Both the position numbers and the translations under genes were made by a program. The notes beneath the pieces were generated by a model. It was not told the origin of the DNA, ran no database searches, and saw nothing but the letters and a program-made list of their open reading frames with translations. From an uncultured Nitrososphaerales archaeon (GTDB lineage Archaea > Thermoproteota > Nitrososphaeria > Nitrososphaerales > Gagatemarchaeaceae), in assembly GCA_963706445.1 (NCBI GenBank), contig OY970160.1, positions 1,696,001-1,760,000 on the forward strand: a stretch of 64,000 nucleotides of DNA, written 5' to 3'. Shown piece by piece: positions 16,990-26,302 of this stretch (position 1 is its first letter; every line of letters starts with the position of its first letter).

Positions 16990-18234
16990 TCACCTCCACA
17001 GGATAGACGGGGTTGCTGTCCTCAGTTCTTCGATGTCCCCGCGGACCTTCGCCCGCAGGTCCCCCACGCTTTCGAAGTTCGCCACCAACTTCCCGTTCTT
17101 GAGCAGAGGCTTCAGCAGAGAGCCGGCCCGCCCCGCCTTGGTGTCGAGGGAGACCGTGTCCTTGAACCCCGTTGACCTCGTCACCGTCTTTCGTCCGCCC
17201 AGGCCGCCCCGCTTCGCCCTGAACTCTGTCTTCGTTCCGTCCTTCACTTCGACGATCTTCGCGCTCAGGTCTATGACAGGAGGGTAGGCGACGGCGGTTC
17301 CGACCCCGTAGCCGTCTACGACCGGGTTGAGCTTGGCGATCTCTTCCTCGTCCAGCCGCCCTGACGCTATGATCTTGACCTTTTTGCCCCCACGGATGTC
17401 CAGCTCCCACCTGACCTCTTCGGCTATCTTTACGAAGTCTCCGCGCCTGGAGGCCGGGGTGTCGAGCCTCACCCCCCAAAGCTTCGGACCGAGCACCTCG
17501 AAGGCTTTAATCGATTCAGTTTTCTCGTCCCAGAACGTGTCAACAAGCGCCACCCTCGGTACCCCCTTGGGGAGCGCCTCGTCGAACATGCGCCAGGCCT
17601 TCTCCTGGCTCCCAAGGATCTGGACCAGCGCGTGAGGCATGGTCCCCGAGGGTTCGAGCCCGAGGAGCCTGGCCCCAAGGACATTCGATACACCGTCGAA
17701 GCCTGCGACATAGCACGCCCTCTCGACCATGGGCGCTAGTGCTGGGTGCACCCGCCTCGTCCCAAAGCTCAGCAGGAGCCTGTCCCCAGCCGCCAGCCTG
17801 AACTTCGCGGCCCTGGTAGAGACGCTGGTGGAAGACGACAGCAGGCCCAGCAGCGGGTTCTCGTACTCGACGAAGTCGGAGAACCTGCCTTCGATTGTCA
17901 TTAGCGGCTCGTACATGGCCGAGTTCCTGTCAGCCACGAACACGGACCCCTCGTCGAAGGACCAGACGTCGATGGGGAGACCTTCGAGGAGCTTCGCGGC
18001 CTCGTAGACTCCCGTCAGCACCCCCCAGTTGTCAGGGTACGGCACGTCGCGGGCGAAGACTTCCATCACGACCCGGGAGTCTATGTTGTTCCTCTGCAGG
18101 ATCTTCTTGGTGTGCAGGAAGTAAGAATCGGTGGTCTGAGCGTTCCTGATCTCCTTCTCGTTTGCGAGCCAGAACAGCCTATCCTCGAGGTCGGTGCGGG
18201 GCAACTTGGATTCGCCGCCAAGAGAGTCCCGCAA
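16990..18234 (-). CDS. pncB: Nicotinate phosphoribosyltransferase
   Basis: TD.YF, SFGTRR.HP, GTMPHA, LVDTF, GVRLDTP.SRRG, DGYGVGT; co-oriented with pncA; start may be TTG 18204. Confidence 0.92.
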   Translation of the reverse strand: MRDSLGGESKLPRTDLEDRLFWLANEKEIRNAQTTDSYFLHTKKILQRNNIDSRVVMEVFARDVPYPDNWGVLTGVYEAAKLLEGLPIDVWSFDEGSVFVADRNSAMYEPLMTIEGRFSDFVEYENPLLGLLSSSTSVSTRAAKFRLAAGDRLLLSFGTRRVHPALAPMVERACYVAGFDGVSNVLGARLLGLEPSGTMPHALVQILGSQEKAWRMFDEALPKGVPRVALVDTFWDEKTESIKAFEVLGPKLWGVRLDTPASRRGDFVKIAEEVRWELDIRGGKKVKIIASGRLDEEEIAKLNPVVDGYGVGTAVAYPPVIDLSAKIVEVKDGTKTEFRAKRGGLGGRKTVTRSTGFKDTVSLDTKAGRAGSLLKPLLKNGKLVANFESVGDLRAKVRGDIEELRTATPSILWR

Positions 18235-18310
18235 AAGGGTTTCTGGGGCTTGAAGGAGGATGGATGCCGCTAATCCTTAAACTAGTAAAGGGTCGAGGGC
18301 GCATTCTTGT

Positions 18311-18383
18311 GGGCCGGTAGTTCAGCGGTACGAACGTCCGCCTCGCACGCGGAAGGTCGGGGGTTCAATTCCCCCCCGGTCCA
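18311..18383 (+). tRNA. tRNA-Ala(CGC), no intron, CCA not fully encoded
   Basis: Cloverleaf: acceptor GGGCCGG/CCGGTCC with G3:U70, anticodon arm TCCGC-CTCGCAC-GCGGA, T-loop TTCAATT. Confidence 0.97.
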
Positions 18384-18385
18384 CC

Positions 18386-19267
18386 TTATTCTGGAAATTC
18401 TCCCTTCGCTATGAACTGGACCCGGCCGCCGACGTTGACCTCGATGCCTCCGGGTTTCTTCCTCGCTCTGAGCAGAAGCAGCGACCTGCGGTCGATTTCG
18501 TACCCCTGCTCGACCCTGATATCGATTTCATCCGTGCCGAAATAACGTTCCTTGACCAGATATGCGGCAAGGCATCCGTTCCCCGACCCTGTCGCTGGGT
18601 CTTCAGAAATGTTCTCCGGGACGCCGAGGACGCGGACGTTCAGCTGGTTATCCTTCGAGTACGTCTCGGGGCTGAATACCAGGATCACGCTCGATTTTGT
18701 CTCCTTGAACAGCTTCCTCAGAGCCTGGTGGTCGACGTTAATCTTCTTGATCGCCTTGAGCCCCTTCAGCGGGACGATGACGAAAGGGACCCCGGTGGAG
18801 ACGAGCCTGATAGGGAACTTCGGATCTATGTCGGAGGTCGCGAGGCCGAATATCTTCGCGATGCGGCCCCTATCGAAGGTCCTGCCGAAGGTCGGTGTCT
18901 TCTGAGTCATCCACAGGACGTCCGGCGTGTCGTGTTTGTAGGAGAATGCGACCGGGATCTGGCCCACCTTCATGTTCAGCGCCACTTTCCCGACGGGTCT
19001 GCCGATGACCTGCGTCTGGATGATGTATGCGGTCCCGAGGGTGGGGTGGCCGGCGAACGGCAGCTCGAAGGCAGGAGTGAACACCCTGACGTCGTATCCG
19101 CCGTCGCGGGGCTCTTCGGAAGTCATGAAAGTAGTCTCCGAATAGTGCATCTCCTGGGCTATCCTCTGCATCTCTGTGGTGGTCAGGTTCGCGCAGTCCC
19201 TGAAGACGGCGAGCTGGTTCCCTGAGTACTTCGATTCAGCGAAGACGTCGACGATGTAGAACCGCAA
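18386..19267 (-). CDS. PhzF family isomerase
   Basis: VDVF...GNQLAV, SETTF, ELPFAGHPT, EDPATGS. Confidence 0.93.
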   Translation of the reverse strand: MRFYIVDVFAESKYSGNQLAVFRDCANLTTTEMQRIAQEMHYSETTFMTSEEPRDGGYDVRVFTPAFELPFAGHPTLGTAYIIQTQVIGRPVGKVALNMKVGQIPVAFSYKHDTPDVLWMTQKTPTFGRTFDRGRIAKIFGLATSDIDPKFPIRLVSTGVPFVIVPLKGLKAIKKINVDHQALRKLFKETKSSVILVFSPETYSKDNQLNVRVLGVPENISEDPATGSGNGCLAAYLVKERYFGTDEIDIRVEQGYEIDRRSLLLLRARKKPGGIEVNVGGRVQFIAKGEFPE

Positions 19268-19279
19268 CTCGTTGGCCGC

Positions 19280-20242
19280 CTAATGGGCGACTATTTGGGG
19301 TTCCGTCTGGAGCCCGAGCTGCTGGCCGAGGTCGGCTCGCAGCCCCTTGTACCTGTTGCGGACCGTGACTTCGGTGACGCCTGCGGCCTCTGCGATCTCC
19401 TTCTGGGTCTTGACCTCGCCTTCGATGACGCCGGCCAGGTAGAGGGAAGCGGCGGCCAGCCCCATCGGGGACTTGCCGGCGGAGATTTCCATCTGCTCGG
19501 TCATCCTTACTATCTCGATGGCCTTCCTGGCCACCCTCTCCGAGAGGCCCACGCGCGAGGCTATCCTGTTGACGTTCCTGGCCGCGTCGGCGACTGGCAT
19601 CGTCATGTCCATCTCCCTGAGGAGGATGCGGTAGTCTCTGGCGACAGCCTTCTTGTCCAAGTTGTTGGCGGAGGCGATGTCCTTGAGGGTCCGGGGGGTT
19701 TCGGTGTCACGCATTGCTGCGTAGAGCGATGCGGCCGATATACCGATGATGGAGCGTCCTCTGAGAAGTCCTCTTTCGAGGGCCTTCCTGTAGATGTACG
19801 CTGCCCGCTCCTTTACTGCCTGCGAGACTCCGAGCTTGTCCGTCATCTTGTCCAGCTCGCGGAGGGCTATGCTCAGGTTCTTCTCCTGGTTGCCGAACGC
19901 CGGGGACCTGTTGTCCCACTTCCTCAGCCTGTCGATGGTGCTGCGCATCGGGGAATTGAGGGCGCGGCCGGAAGCGTCTCTGTTCGAGCGGCCTATCATC
20001 GTCGAGAGCCCCATGTCCCTGTAGGTGATCGAGGTCGGGGCACCGGTCCTAGCCCTGTCCTCTCCCTTTTCGTCGCTGAAGGAGCGCCACTCGGGGCCCT
20101 GGTCCACAGACTTCTCGGTGACCACGAAGCCACAGTTGCTGCAGGAGAGCTCACCGGAGTTGACGTCTTCTACCAGTGTCCTCTTCCCACACTGGGGGCA
20201 TCTGTCCGAAACTTGAAGTGCAGATGTTCTAGGGTAACTCAA
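19280..20242 (-). CDS. tfb: Transcription initiation factor IIB
   Basis: CPQC..CSNCG Zn ribbon, GPEWRSF B-reader, two cyclin repeats, VTEVTVRNRY. Confidence 0.97.
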   Translation of the reverse strand: MSYPRTSALQVSDRCPQCGKRTLVEDVNSGELSCSNCGFVVTEKSVDQGPEWRSFSDEKGEDRARTGAPTSITYRDMGLSTMIGRSNRDASGRALNSPMRSTIDRLRKWDNRSPAFGNQEKNLSIALRELDKMTDKLGVSQAVKERAAYIYRKALERGLLRGRSIIGISAASLYAAMRDTETPRTLKDIASANNLDKKAVARDYRILLREMDMTMPVADAARNVNRIASRVGLSERVARKAIEIVRMTEQMEISAGKSPMGLAAASLYLAGVIEGEVKTQKEIAEAAGVTEVTVRNRYKGLRADLGQQLGLQTEPQIVAH

Positions 20243-20383
20243 ATTCTATCCACTATACAACTAAATGTGTACATCCATATTTAAGCATAGTAGGCTTTTC
20301 TGACTTAGTTAGTATAGTGGAGTTAACCTCAGACTGTCCTTGGAGCCCTCGGCCGGATGAGAGGAGTCTTATAATTTGGAGGA

Positions 20384-20776
20384 ATGAAGGGGAGACAATC
20401 CGCCTTGATCAAGGTGACCTACGCTCCCTACAAAGAGATGGTCGTTCATGAGATCATCGAACAGCCGAGTCAGGTTCTCTTCGAAGACATGGTGAGGCAG
20501 GCCCTGGCCAGCCCAGTACACGCCGAGCCTAGCATCAACTGGGCAGACGGGATAGCCTTCGTCATAGCGGCGATGCCCCCGACCGAAGACATCGTCAAGG
20601 AGAGCCTCGAGGGGAGGCTCCACTACGCGTCGATCATGTTCACGAGGATTCCCTTTCAGAATCAGATTCCCGTAAACATAGGGAACCAGAACTACAGCGT
20701 CCGCCTGCGCAAGGCAGAGAACAATCCGCACCTGGCGGCGGTTGCGAACTACTTGAAGGATTTCAAGCCTGAATGA
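20384..20776 (+). CDS. Conserved archaeal hypothetical protein
   Basis: 130-aa ORF with TATA-like TTATAA upstream; P.KE.VVHE and L.W.DGI pattern. Confidence 0.75.
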   Translation: MKGRQSALIKVTYAPYKEMVVHEIIEQPSQVLFEDMVRQALASPVHAEPSINWADGIAFVIAAMPPTEDIVKESLEGRLHYASIMFTRIPFQNQIPVNIGNQNYSVRLRKAENNPHLAAVANYLKDFKPE

Positions 20777-20785
20777 TTGTCGCGG

Positions 20786-21280
20786 TCAGCTGGTCGATGC
20801 TTTTCTGACCAGCTGCGTCCCGCAGACAGGGCAGACTGTAAGCTTCGGATTGGTGTAGGTCTTCCCGCACCCCCTGCAGTAGATCTTCCAAGTGATGTTC
20901 TTCCACTCCCCTCCTTTCATCGAGGTCGGGGCCAGCGGGATCGATAGAACTTCGGCTACGTTCCGGACTGCAAAGTCGTCGGACACGATGTTGACCCCGC
21001 CGTCTCCGGCCATGAGATCGAGGCCGAGGGCAAGAAGTGAGATGTCCGTTTGTGAGAGGGCGCCGATATCCCCTGTCTTCGCAGCGGTGGTCTTCACCCT
21101 GCTCAGAGACTCTGGGGATGGCTCGGTGACCTGGACGCGGGTATGTATCAGTGATGAGCCGACGTTGTGGTGCTTGACCTCTTCCAGCACTAGGTAGGTG
21201 GTGTAGTATCGCCCGCTCCCCTGGTATGGTATGCCGGCATAGAATGCGGTGGAATCGAGGACGTATGCAGGCTCAGACAA
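20786..21280 (-). CDS. nob1: Nob1-like PIN endonuclease with Zn ribbon
   Basis: YVLDSTAF, TGD...LS.TD, SDDFAVRNVA, W...CRGC...CPVCG. Confidence 0.92.
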   Translation of the reverse strand: MSEPAYVLDSTAFYAGIPYQGSGRYYTTYLVLEEVKHHNVGSSLIHTRVQVTEPSPESLSRVKTTAAKTGDIGALSQTDISLLALGLDLMAGDGGVNIVSDDFAVRNVAEVLSIPLAPTSMKGGEWKNITWKIYCRGCGKTYTNPKLTVCPVCGTQLVRKASTS

Positions 21281-21416
21281 AGGTGGGCTCCTTCAACGAT
21301 TCAATCTTGCCTTAGGACGGGAGCTCCGGTCGTCTGTTGCGAAATCATTAATCGGTGCAGGTTGGTCTTCAGTGAGACGTTTATTTAGTTTGCATCGCGA
21401 GGCAGGCCGCTAATCT

Positions 21417-21830
21417 TTGAGCAGTAGACCTGCTGAATTGGGGAGCTTGAAAGAGGGGAGCTACATCATCATAGACGGCGAACCCTGCAAGATCGTGAGC
21501 CGGGAGCACTTCAAGCCCGGAAAGCACGGGAGCGCCAAGGTGAGGCTTGTCGCCATCTCCCTGTTCACCGGGAACAAGAAGAGCTACGTTTCGCCTGCGG
21601 AGTCCAGAATCGACGTCCCCATGATAGACAAAAGGTCCGGGCAGGTGACCTCGATAACGGACAACACTGTCCAGATCATGGATCTTGAGAACTTCGAGGT
21701 CCTCGAGACTCCCAAACCTACAGCCGTAGAGATGGCGGAGCTGAGCGGGAACCTATCCCCGGGGGCTGAGGTGGAGTACTGGTCGATGATGGGGCGCAAC
21801 AGGATAATGCGCGTAAAGGGCGGAAGCTAA
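21417..21830 (+). CDS. eif5a: Translation factor aIF-5A
   Basis: KPGKHGSAK hypusine motif. Confidence 0.98.
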   Translation: MSSRPAELGSLKEGSYIIIDGEPCKIVSREHFKPGKHGSAKVRLVAISLFTGNKKSYVSPAESRIDVPMIDKRSGQVTSITDNTVQIMDLENFEVLETPKPTAVEMAELSGNLSPGAEVEYWSMMGRNRIMRVKGGS

Positions 21831-21944
21831 GGACACAAAGCCCTTCTGATTCTCGAGACCGAAACCGTACAAATCTGAAGTTCTATGCGATGTACCCCGT
21901 TCAAAACCGTAGGTTTAATCTCGGAGGGCGGAGTTTTGGTTCTA

Positions 21945-22922
21945 ATGAAGACTGAATTCAAGAAAATATTCCCACTCGCAACCATCGCAATCGTTCTCAT
22001 CTCATTCAGCCCGCTGGCTTCGGCGTCCACCCTGACCGTGAACCTGAACCCGACGACAGGGCAAGCCACGCTGGACAGCGTGAGCACCACCACAATCGCC
22101 TTCACCTATCCATCCAATTCCACGATTTCGAACTCCCTCAAAAACGTCAGTTCGTCGCTGAGCTTGACGGGCAAGTTCGACGGCAACGACTTGGGCACCC
22201 AGCAGCTACAGGGCAGCTTCGACGACTGGGACCACCACATCTCAGTGTCCAACGTCTCAGTTTCGCTGCAGTATATGGCGAACGGCAACACCACGACCCT
22301 GGTCATTGTCAAGACAACGGATGTTAACGCGACTGTGACAGGAGCTTTCAGCGTCGCGAACGGCACAGTGACAGCGAACCTGGGCTGGCGCGCTTTCATC
22401 GTCAGGGGAGCCATGGACTTCCCCCTCGAAGGCCATAACATCGACGTGAACCTCGCCGGGTCGGCCATGGAGAACTCGCTGAGCGGCCACGCGTACGCGG
22501 CGGGTTGGCTCGTGAACGCCTTCGGCAACTACGGCATCTGGGACAGACCCACACTCAACTTCTCCGCTCTCGACGCCCCCCTGAGCACCTGGACCAAGAA
22601 CTACGACTCTGCCACCAACACAACGACATTCTCCAAGACCATATCAGGACAGGACAACTTCTCGGTATCCGCTGACATCAACGGCCAGAAGTACTCCCTC
22701 TCGGAGGTCTCTGATCCGTCGGGAGTCGTCACAACCCAGGGCTACGCCAACGCCTCTGGCGACACTCTGACACTGGCTCCGACACCTGCCTCGACTTCGG
22801 CTTCGACCAGCCTCTTGGCTGTCACCATTGTCGCTGGGCTGGCGATAGTCACAACGGGGTACTTCATCCTCAGATCCAGAACCAAAACGCGAATAGTCTC
22901 CGCAACTTCGCTTCCAGTCTGA
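21945..22922 (+). CDS. Secreted Ser/Thr/Asn-rich surface protein with signal peptide and C-terminal TM anchor
   Basis: MKTEFKKIFPLATIAIVLISFSPLASA signal; many NxS/T sequons; C-terminal TM followed by a basic tail. Confidence 0.8.
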   Translation: MKTEFKKIFPLATIAIVLISFSPLASASTLTVNLNPTTGQATLDSVSTTTIAFTYPSNSTISNSLKNVSSSLSLTGKFDGNDLGTQQLQGSFDDWDHHISVSNVSVSLQYMANGNTTTLVIVKTTDVNATVTGAFSVANGTVTANLGWRAFIVRGAMDFPLEGHNIDVNLAGSAMENSLSGHAYAAGWLVNAFGNYGIWDRPTLNFSALDAPLSTWTKNYDSATNTTTFSKTISGQDNFSVSADINGQKYSLSEVSDPSGVVTTQGYANASGDTLTLAPTPASTSASTSLLAVTIVAGLAIVTTGYFILRSRTKTRIVSATSLPV

Positions 22923-22923
22923 T

Positions 22924-22960
22924 GGAGAGCCCAGGGGCTCTCCCCCACCGATTTTTTATT
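22924..22960 (+). terminator. Hairpin GGAGAGCC-CAGG-GGCTCTCC followed by a T-tract
   Basis: Starts 2 nt after the stop of the 21945-22922 gene; TTTTTT at 22952-22957. Confidence 0.55.
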
Positions 22961-23037
22961 GCGAGCCCATACGAATGTCTGTTGAATATTGATTCCCATT
23001 CGGAGCGCTTGATTACCACGTAGATTCCCGCCCAGTA

Positions 23038-23211
23038 TTATGAAGTCATGTGGAGTGTGTGAATCGGGGGCCCACGAATTCTGCAGAAGCGCAGGGCCCG
23101 GGAGTCCTTGCTGTTGCAGGCGGGCCAGCGGGGTCGGTCTCTTCCAGTTGCAGGTCCCGATTCTCGGACGCTGAAAGGCTCGTATGCTCTATCGACGGTT
23201 TGGCTCTTCAT
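23038..23211 (-). pseudogene. Possible decayed zinc-ribbon micro-ORF
   Basis: Manual translation ...RWPACNSKDSRALRFCRIRGPPI resembles CPxC...N...RFCxxCG with two Cys lost (TGG, CGT). Confidence 0.3.
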
Positions 23212-23313
23212 CGGATACCTCAGACGGCTCTTCCCGAAAACCCCTTCATCTAGAGCGGTTGTGGTTTAGACGGCTTCGCGATATAGGTCTTTGCGGCGCC
23301 GCGCCTGCGGTCC

Positions 23314-24159
23314 TCAGAAGTCGCGCTGATAGCCAGGGCTGGCGACTTGGATGATCCCGGGCCTTGCCAGCAGAGACTGCAGTCCATCCAAGAAGCCTAT
23401 GCCGTCCTTCGTCAACGCATACAGGGCCCTCCCTTCTTCGGTCACTGGATGCAAATAGCCAGCCTCGGCTAGGAACTCGGCATACTCCTTGGTGCGCTTG
23501 TGGTTGAGTCTCGCGTAGAAAGCGACCTCGAAGGGCGTCATCGGTCCTCGTTTCATCAGCTCAAGAATCTCTACGTATATTTCGAATTTCGATCTCCTCT
23601 GGAAGAAGTCCCACCACACCTTGGGGACAGCTGCGGTGACAGATGAGGTCGCAGAAGTTGGCACCGGGACGAGCGCCATTTCGCCTATGGACCATGCCCT
23701 CGGCATGGCCCCGTTGGAGAGCCATTGTGCAGAAAGCCCGTAGCCTTGTCCCTGTTCCGTAGAAGGCCCGAGCGCAAAACCAAGTTTCTGCGCGTGGAAA
23801 TAGCCGTGGGCGACCCCATCGAGGGACCCGTTGACTATGGTTCCGGCAGACGACCCACCTGTTGAGGGCTGCGATTTGAGCACATCAAACTCGTCCACCT
23901 GATGTGAGCCTTCAGCCGAGGGTGGTGCCACCACAACCACCGATGCCACGCCATCCAACACGACCTTTCCGTGAAATAGATCGGCCTGTTGAACCACCAC
24001 GACTCTGACGCCAGATGCCGCACCAGTCACAGAAGAGGCGGAGACGGAAGCGACGCCGAGCGAGGACAGAGGGAGGGTCAGACCAGCTGTGACCAGCAAG
24101 AGCACCGCCAAACTGATTCTAAGGTTGCTCCGCCGTGGCTTGGCGTCTTTTTCCTGCAA
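23314..24159 (-). CDS. N-terminal TM/signal + low-complexity linker + C-terminal archaeal winged-helix (HTH_45-like) domain
   Basis: RRSKFEIYVEILE...YARLNHKRTKEYAEFL..AGYL...YALTKDG..FL; hydrophobic N-terminal segment; start TTG 24159 assumed. Confidence 0.75.
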   Translation of the reverse strand: MQEKDAKPRRSNLRISLAVLLLVTAGLTLPLSSLGVASVSASSVTGAASGVRVVVVQQADLFHGKVVLDGVASVVVVAPPSAEGSHQVDEFDVLKSQPSTGGSSAGTIVNGSLDGVAHGYFHAQKLGFALGPSTEQGQGYGLSAQWLSNGAMPRAWSIGEMALVPVPTSATSSVTAAVPKVWWDFFQRRSKFEIYVEILELMKRGPMTPFEVAFYARLNHKRTKEYAEFLAEAGYLHPVTEEGRALYALTKDGIGFLDGLQSLLARPGIIQVASPGYQRDF

Positions 24160-24313
24160 CTCTAGCAGAAAAACCCATTTTGCGTATTTTAGGATTGTGT
24201 ACCAACGCACCAAATTCAATGTGCGCAGTTACTTCAGATACGTACCGATGGTACACCAAGGATAAGAAGACCCGGGGAAACATACCCAAGAAGCATGGCA
24301 GGAGAGGAATGAA

Positions 24314-25552
24314 ATGGAGCTAGCACAACAAGCACCCCAGCAATCGCGTCGAGGTCCGCTGGTGGCAGTGGTAGTTGTCCTCCTCATAGTATCGGCGACG
24401 TTGGCCGTGCTCTACTATTCGGAATATACCCAGAATAGCCAGAGCATCTCAGCACTAACCAGCTCCATCTCTTCGCTCCAGCAAGAGAGGTCAACCCTCC
24501 TTCAACTCCTTTCAGCCAACAGCACCAGCACATCAGGAATCCCCTCAGGCAATTCCACCGGAATCAACACCACACTGATCTACGACTACGCCAACATGAG
24601 CGTCGTCACCATCCAGGGGCTGCAGCCAACTTCGTCCGTCTTCGGGACCGCCTATCAGCAGGTAGAGGGCTCGGGATTCGTCGTGCAAGAGGGAGGCTCA
24701 TACTATGTGGTCTCGAACTACCACGTCGTGCAGAACGACGTCAACATTTCCGTGACATTCCAAGGCGGGAACGCGTACAGAGGGACTGTCATAGGGTCAG
24801 ACCCCTACAGCGACCTGGCCGTGCTGACGGTGTCAGGAGCTCCCGCCAGCGTATTCTATCCGCTCACTTTCGCCGTCTCGTCCGGGCTCCGGGTGGGCCA
24901 GCCGGTGGTGGCCATCGGGAACCCCTACGGTCTTTCCGGGTCGTTGACAGAGGGGCTAGTGAGCCAGCTCGGGAGGACGCTTCAGGACGAAACATCTGGA
25001 AACTTCTCTATAGCCGACGTCATCCAAATCAGCACTCCCATCAATCCTGGGAACTCGGGGGGCCCGCTGCTGAACGCCCAAGGGAAGGTTGTCGGGATAA
25101 CAACTGCCATCGTAAGCGGGTCTCAGGGCATAGGGTTCGCGATACCCTCGGACACCATCGTCGAGGAGTTGCCTTCGCTCATCTCCACAGGGTCCTACAC
25201 GATGCACCCCTACATGGGCATAACTGAAGCCGACATGAACTACGACCTAGCGCAGGCAAGCGGGACCAACTACACCTATGGGGCCCTGATTGAGAGCGTG
25301 GTGCAGGGCGGGCCAGCGGCCCAGGCAGGGTTGAAGTCGGGGACCACCGTGAAGACGGTCGACGGGACGCAGTACTACATAGGCGGTGATATCATTGTCT
25401 CGGCCAATGGCACCAGGATAGCAAACGGGGATGCGTTGTCCAGCTGGCTTCAGGAGCACGCCGTTTCCGGTCAGGTCGTCGAGTTGGGCATTATCAGAGC
25501 CGGCTCCCATTTGACGATAACTCTGACGCTGGGGACGAGGCCGCCGCTCTAG
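24314..25552 (+). CDS. Membrane-anchored HtrA/DegP-like trypsin protease with PDZ domain
   Basis: GSGF, NYHVV, DLAV, INPGNSGGPL, GIGFAIP, GGPAAQAGL, GDIIV. Confidence 0.95.
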   Translation: MELAQQAPQQSRRGPLVAVVVVLLIVSATLAVLYYSEYTQNSQSISALTSSISSLQQERSTLLQLLSANSTSTSGIPSGNSTGINTTLIYDYANMSVVTIQGLQPTSSVFGTAYQQVEGSGFVVQEGGSYYVVSNYHVVQNDVNISVTFQGGNAYRGTVIGSDPYSDLAVLTVSGAPASVFYPLTFAVSSGLRVGQPVVAIGNPYGLSGSLTEGLVSQLGRTLQDETSGNFSIADVIQISTPINPGNSGGPLLNAQGKVVGITTAIVSGSQGIGFAIPSDTIVEELPSLISTGSYTMHPYMGITEADMNYDLAQASGTNYTYGALIESVVQGGPAAQAGLKSGTTVKTVDGTQYYIGGDIIVSANGTRIANGDALSSWLQEHAVSGQVVELGIIRAGSHLTITLTLGTRPPL

Positions 25553-26237
25553 CCCCGCCCTTAGGGGACAGCACGGCATTGATTATTTCCAGATAGCCGG
25601 AGTCGGCCTTGCAGTGCTTCTCGGTCGAACGAATTTCGATGTGCTTGGTGAAAAAAGGGGCGTCCAACACGAAGGTCTCCCCTTCGCCGCCTTCGAGACC
25701 GACGTGGAACTTGTACCTCCTTCCCAGGGCCACGAGTTCGTCTATGGCAGGATCGTCGAGCTTCCGTCCGAGCCAGCTCTGGTCCAGACCCAGGGCTGAG
25801 ACGCTGACCATGATCATGGAGAACCCTTCCTTGACGAGTCGGCGGAGGTGGGTCTCAGGGTCGATCCCCCACAACGGCGAGATGCACTTCAGTCCTAGGG
25901 AGCCGCATATCCTCTCGACTCTGGTCTTCTGGTAGACGCTGGCAAGAGCGCCGGTGTAGACCCCGCCCAGGTCGAATCGGGCCCTCGCCTTCGACAGGGC
26001 CCGCTCGAGGTCTTCGAGCTCTTCCTCCTTGACCCCCTCCGTCTCCTCGGTCAGCAGAGGGACTCTCATGGCCTCCGCCTGCAAGCCTGTCCAGCGGAGG
26101 TTCGGGAAATGGAACATGTACGACATGTCAGATTTCGGGAAGAGCGTCACCAGGCATGCGAGCTCGTCCTCCCTGGAAGCGACCCAGGCCGCGTACGTCG
26201 AGTCCTTTCCCCCCGAAAAGAGCGTGCCTACCCTCGT
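25494..26237 (-). CDS. dph6: Diphthine-ammonia ligase (Dph6, PP-loop ATPase); apparent ACG start
   Basis: Frame extends upstream of the track start to (T)RVGTLFSGGKDS; SYMFH, YQKTRVERIC..LGL...PLW, GEGGEGETFV.DAP.F. Confidence 0.9.
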   Translation of the reverse strand, partial: TRVGTLFSGGKDSTYAAWVASREDELACLVTLFPKSDMSYMFHFPNLRWTGLQAEAMRVPLLTEETEGVKEEELEDLERALSKARARFDLGGVYTGALASVYQKTRVERICGSLGLKCISPLWGIDPETHLRRLVKEGFSMIMVSVSALGLDQSWLGRKLDDPAIDELVALGRRYKFHVGLEGGEGETFVLDAPFFTKHIEIRSTEKHCKADSGYLEIINAVLSPKGGARAAASSPASELSSNGSRL

Positions 26238-26302
26238 CTCAACTCACTGGGCCTTGGCATCCTCTCAAGGTATTAAATAGACGGAGCAGGGTCGGAGTTT
26301 CG

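Noticed and set aside
16985-17479. N-terminal extension of the 367-aa track ORF (apparent PncA fusion)
   Set aside because: Overlaps pncB out of frame; the real pncA starts at ATG 16984
18311-18385. tRNA-Ala as integration site of a genomic island
   Set aside because: No integrase and no duplicated tRNA fragment seen; flanking genes are housekeeping
19283-20284. 333-aa plus-strand ORF
   Set aside because: Antisense shadow of tfb; long shadow frames are expected at high GC and no motifs are present
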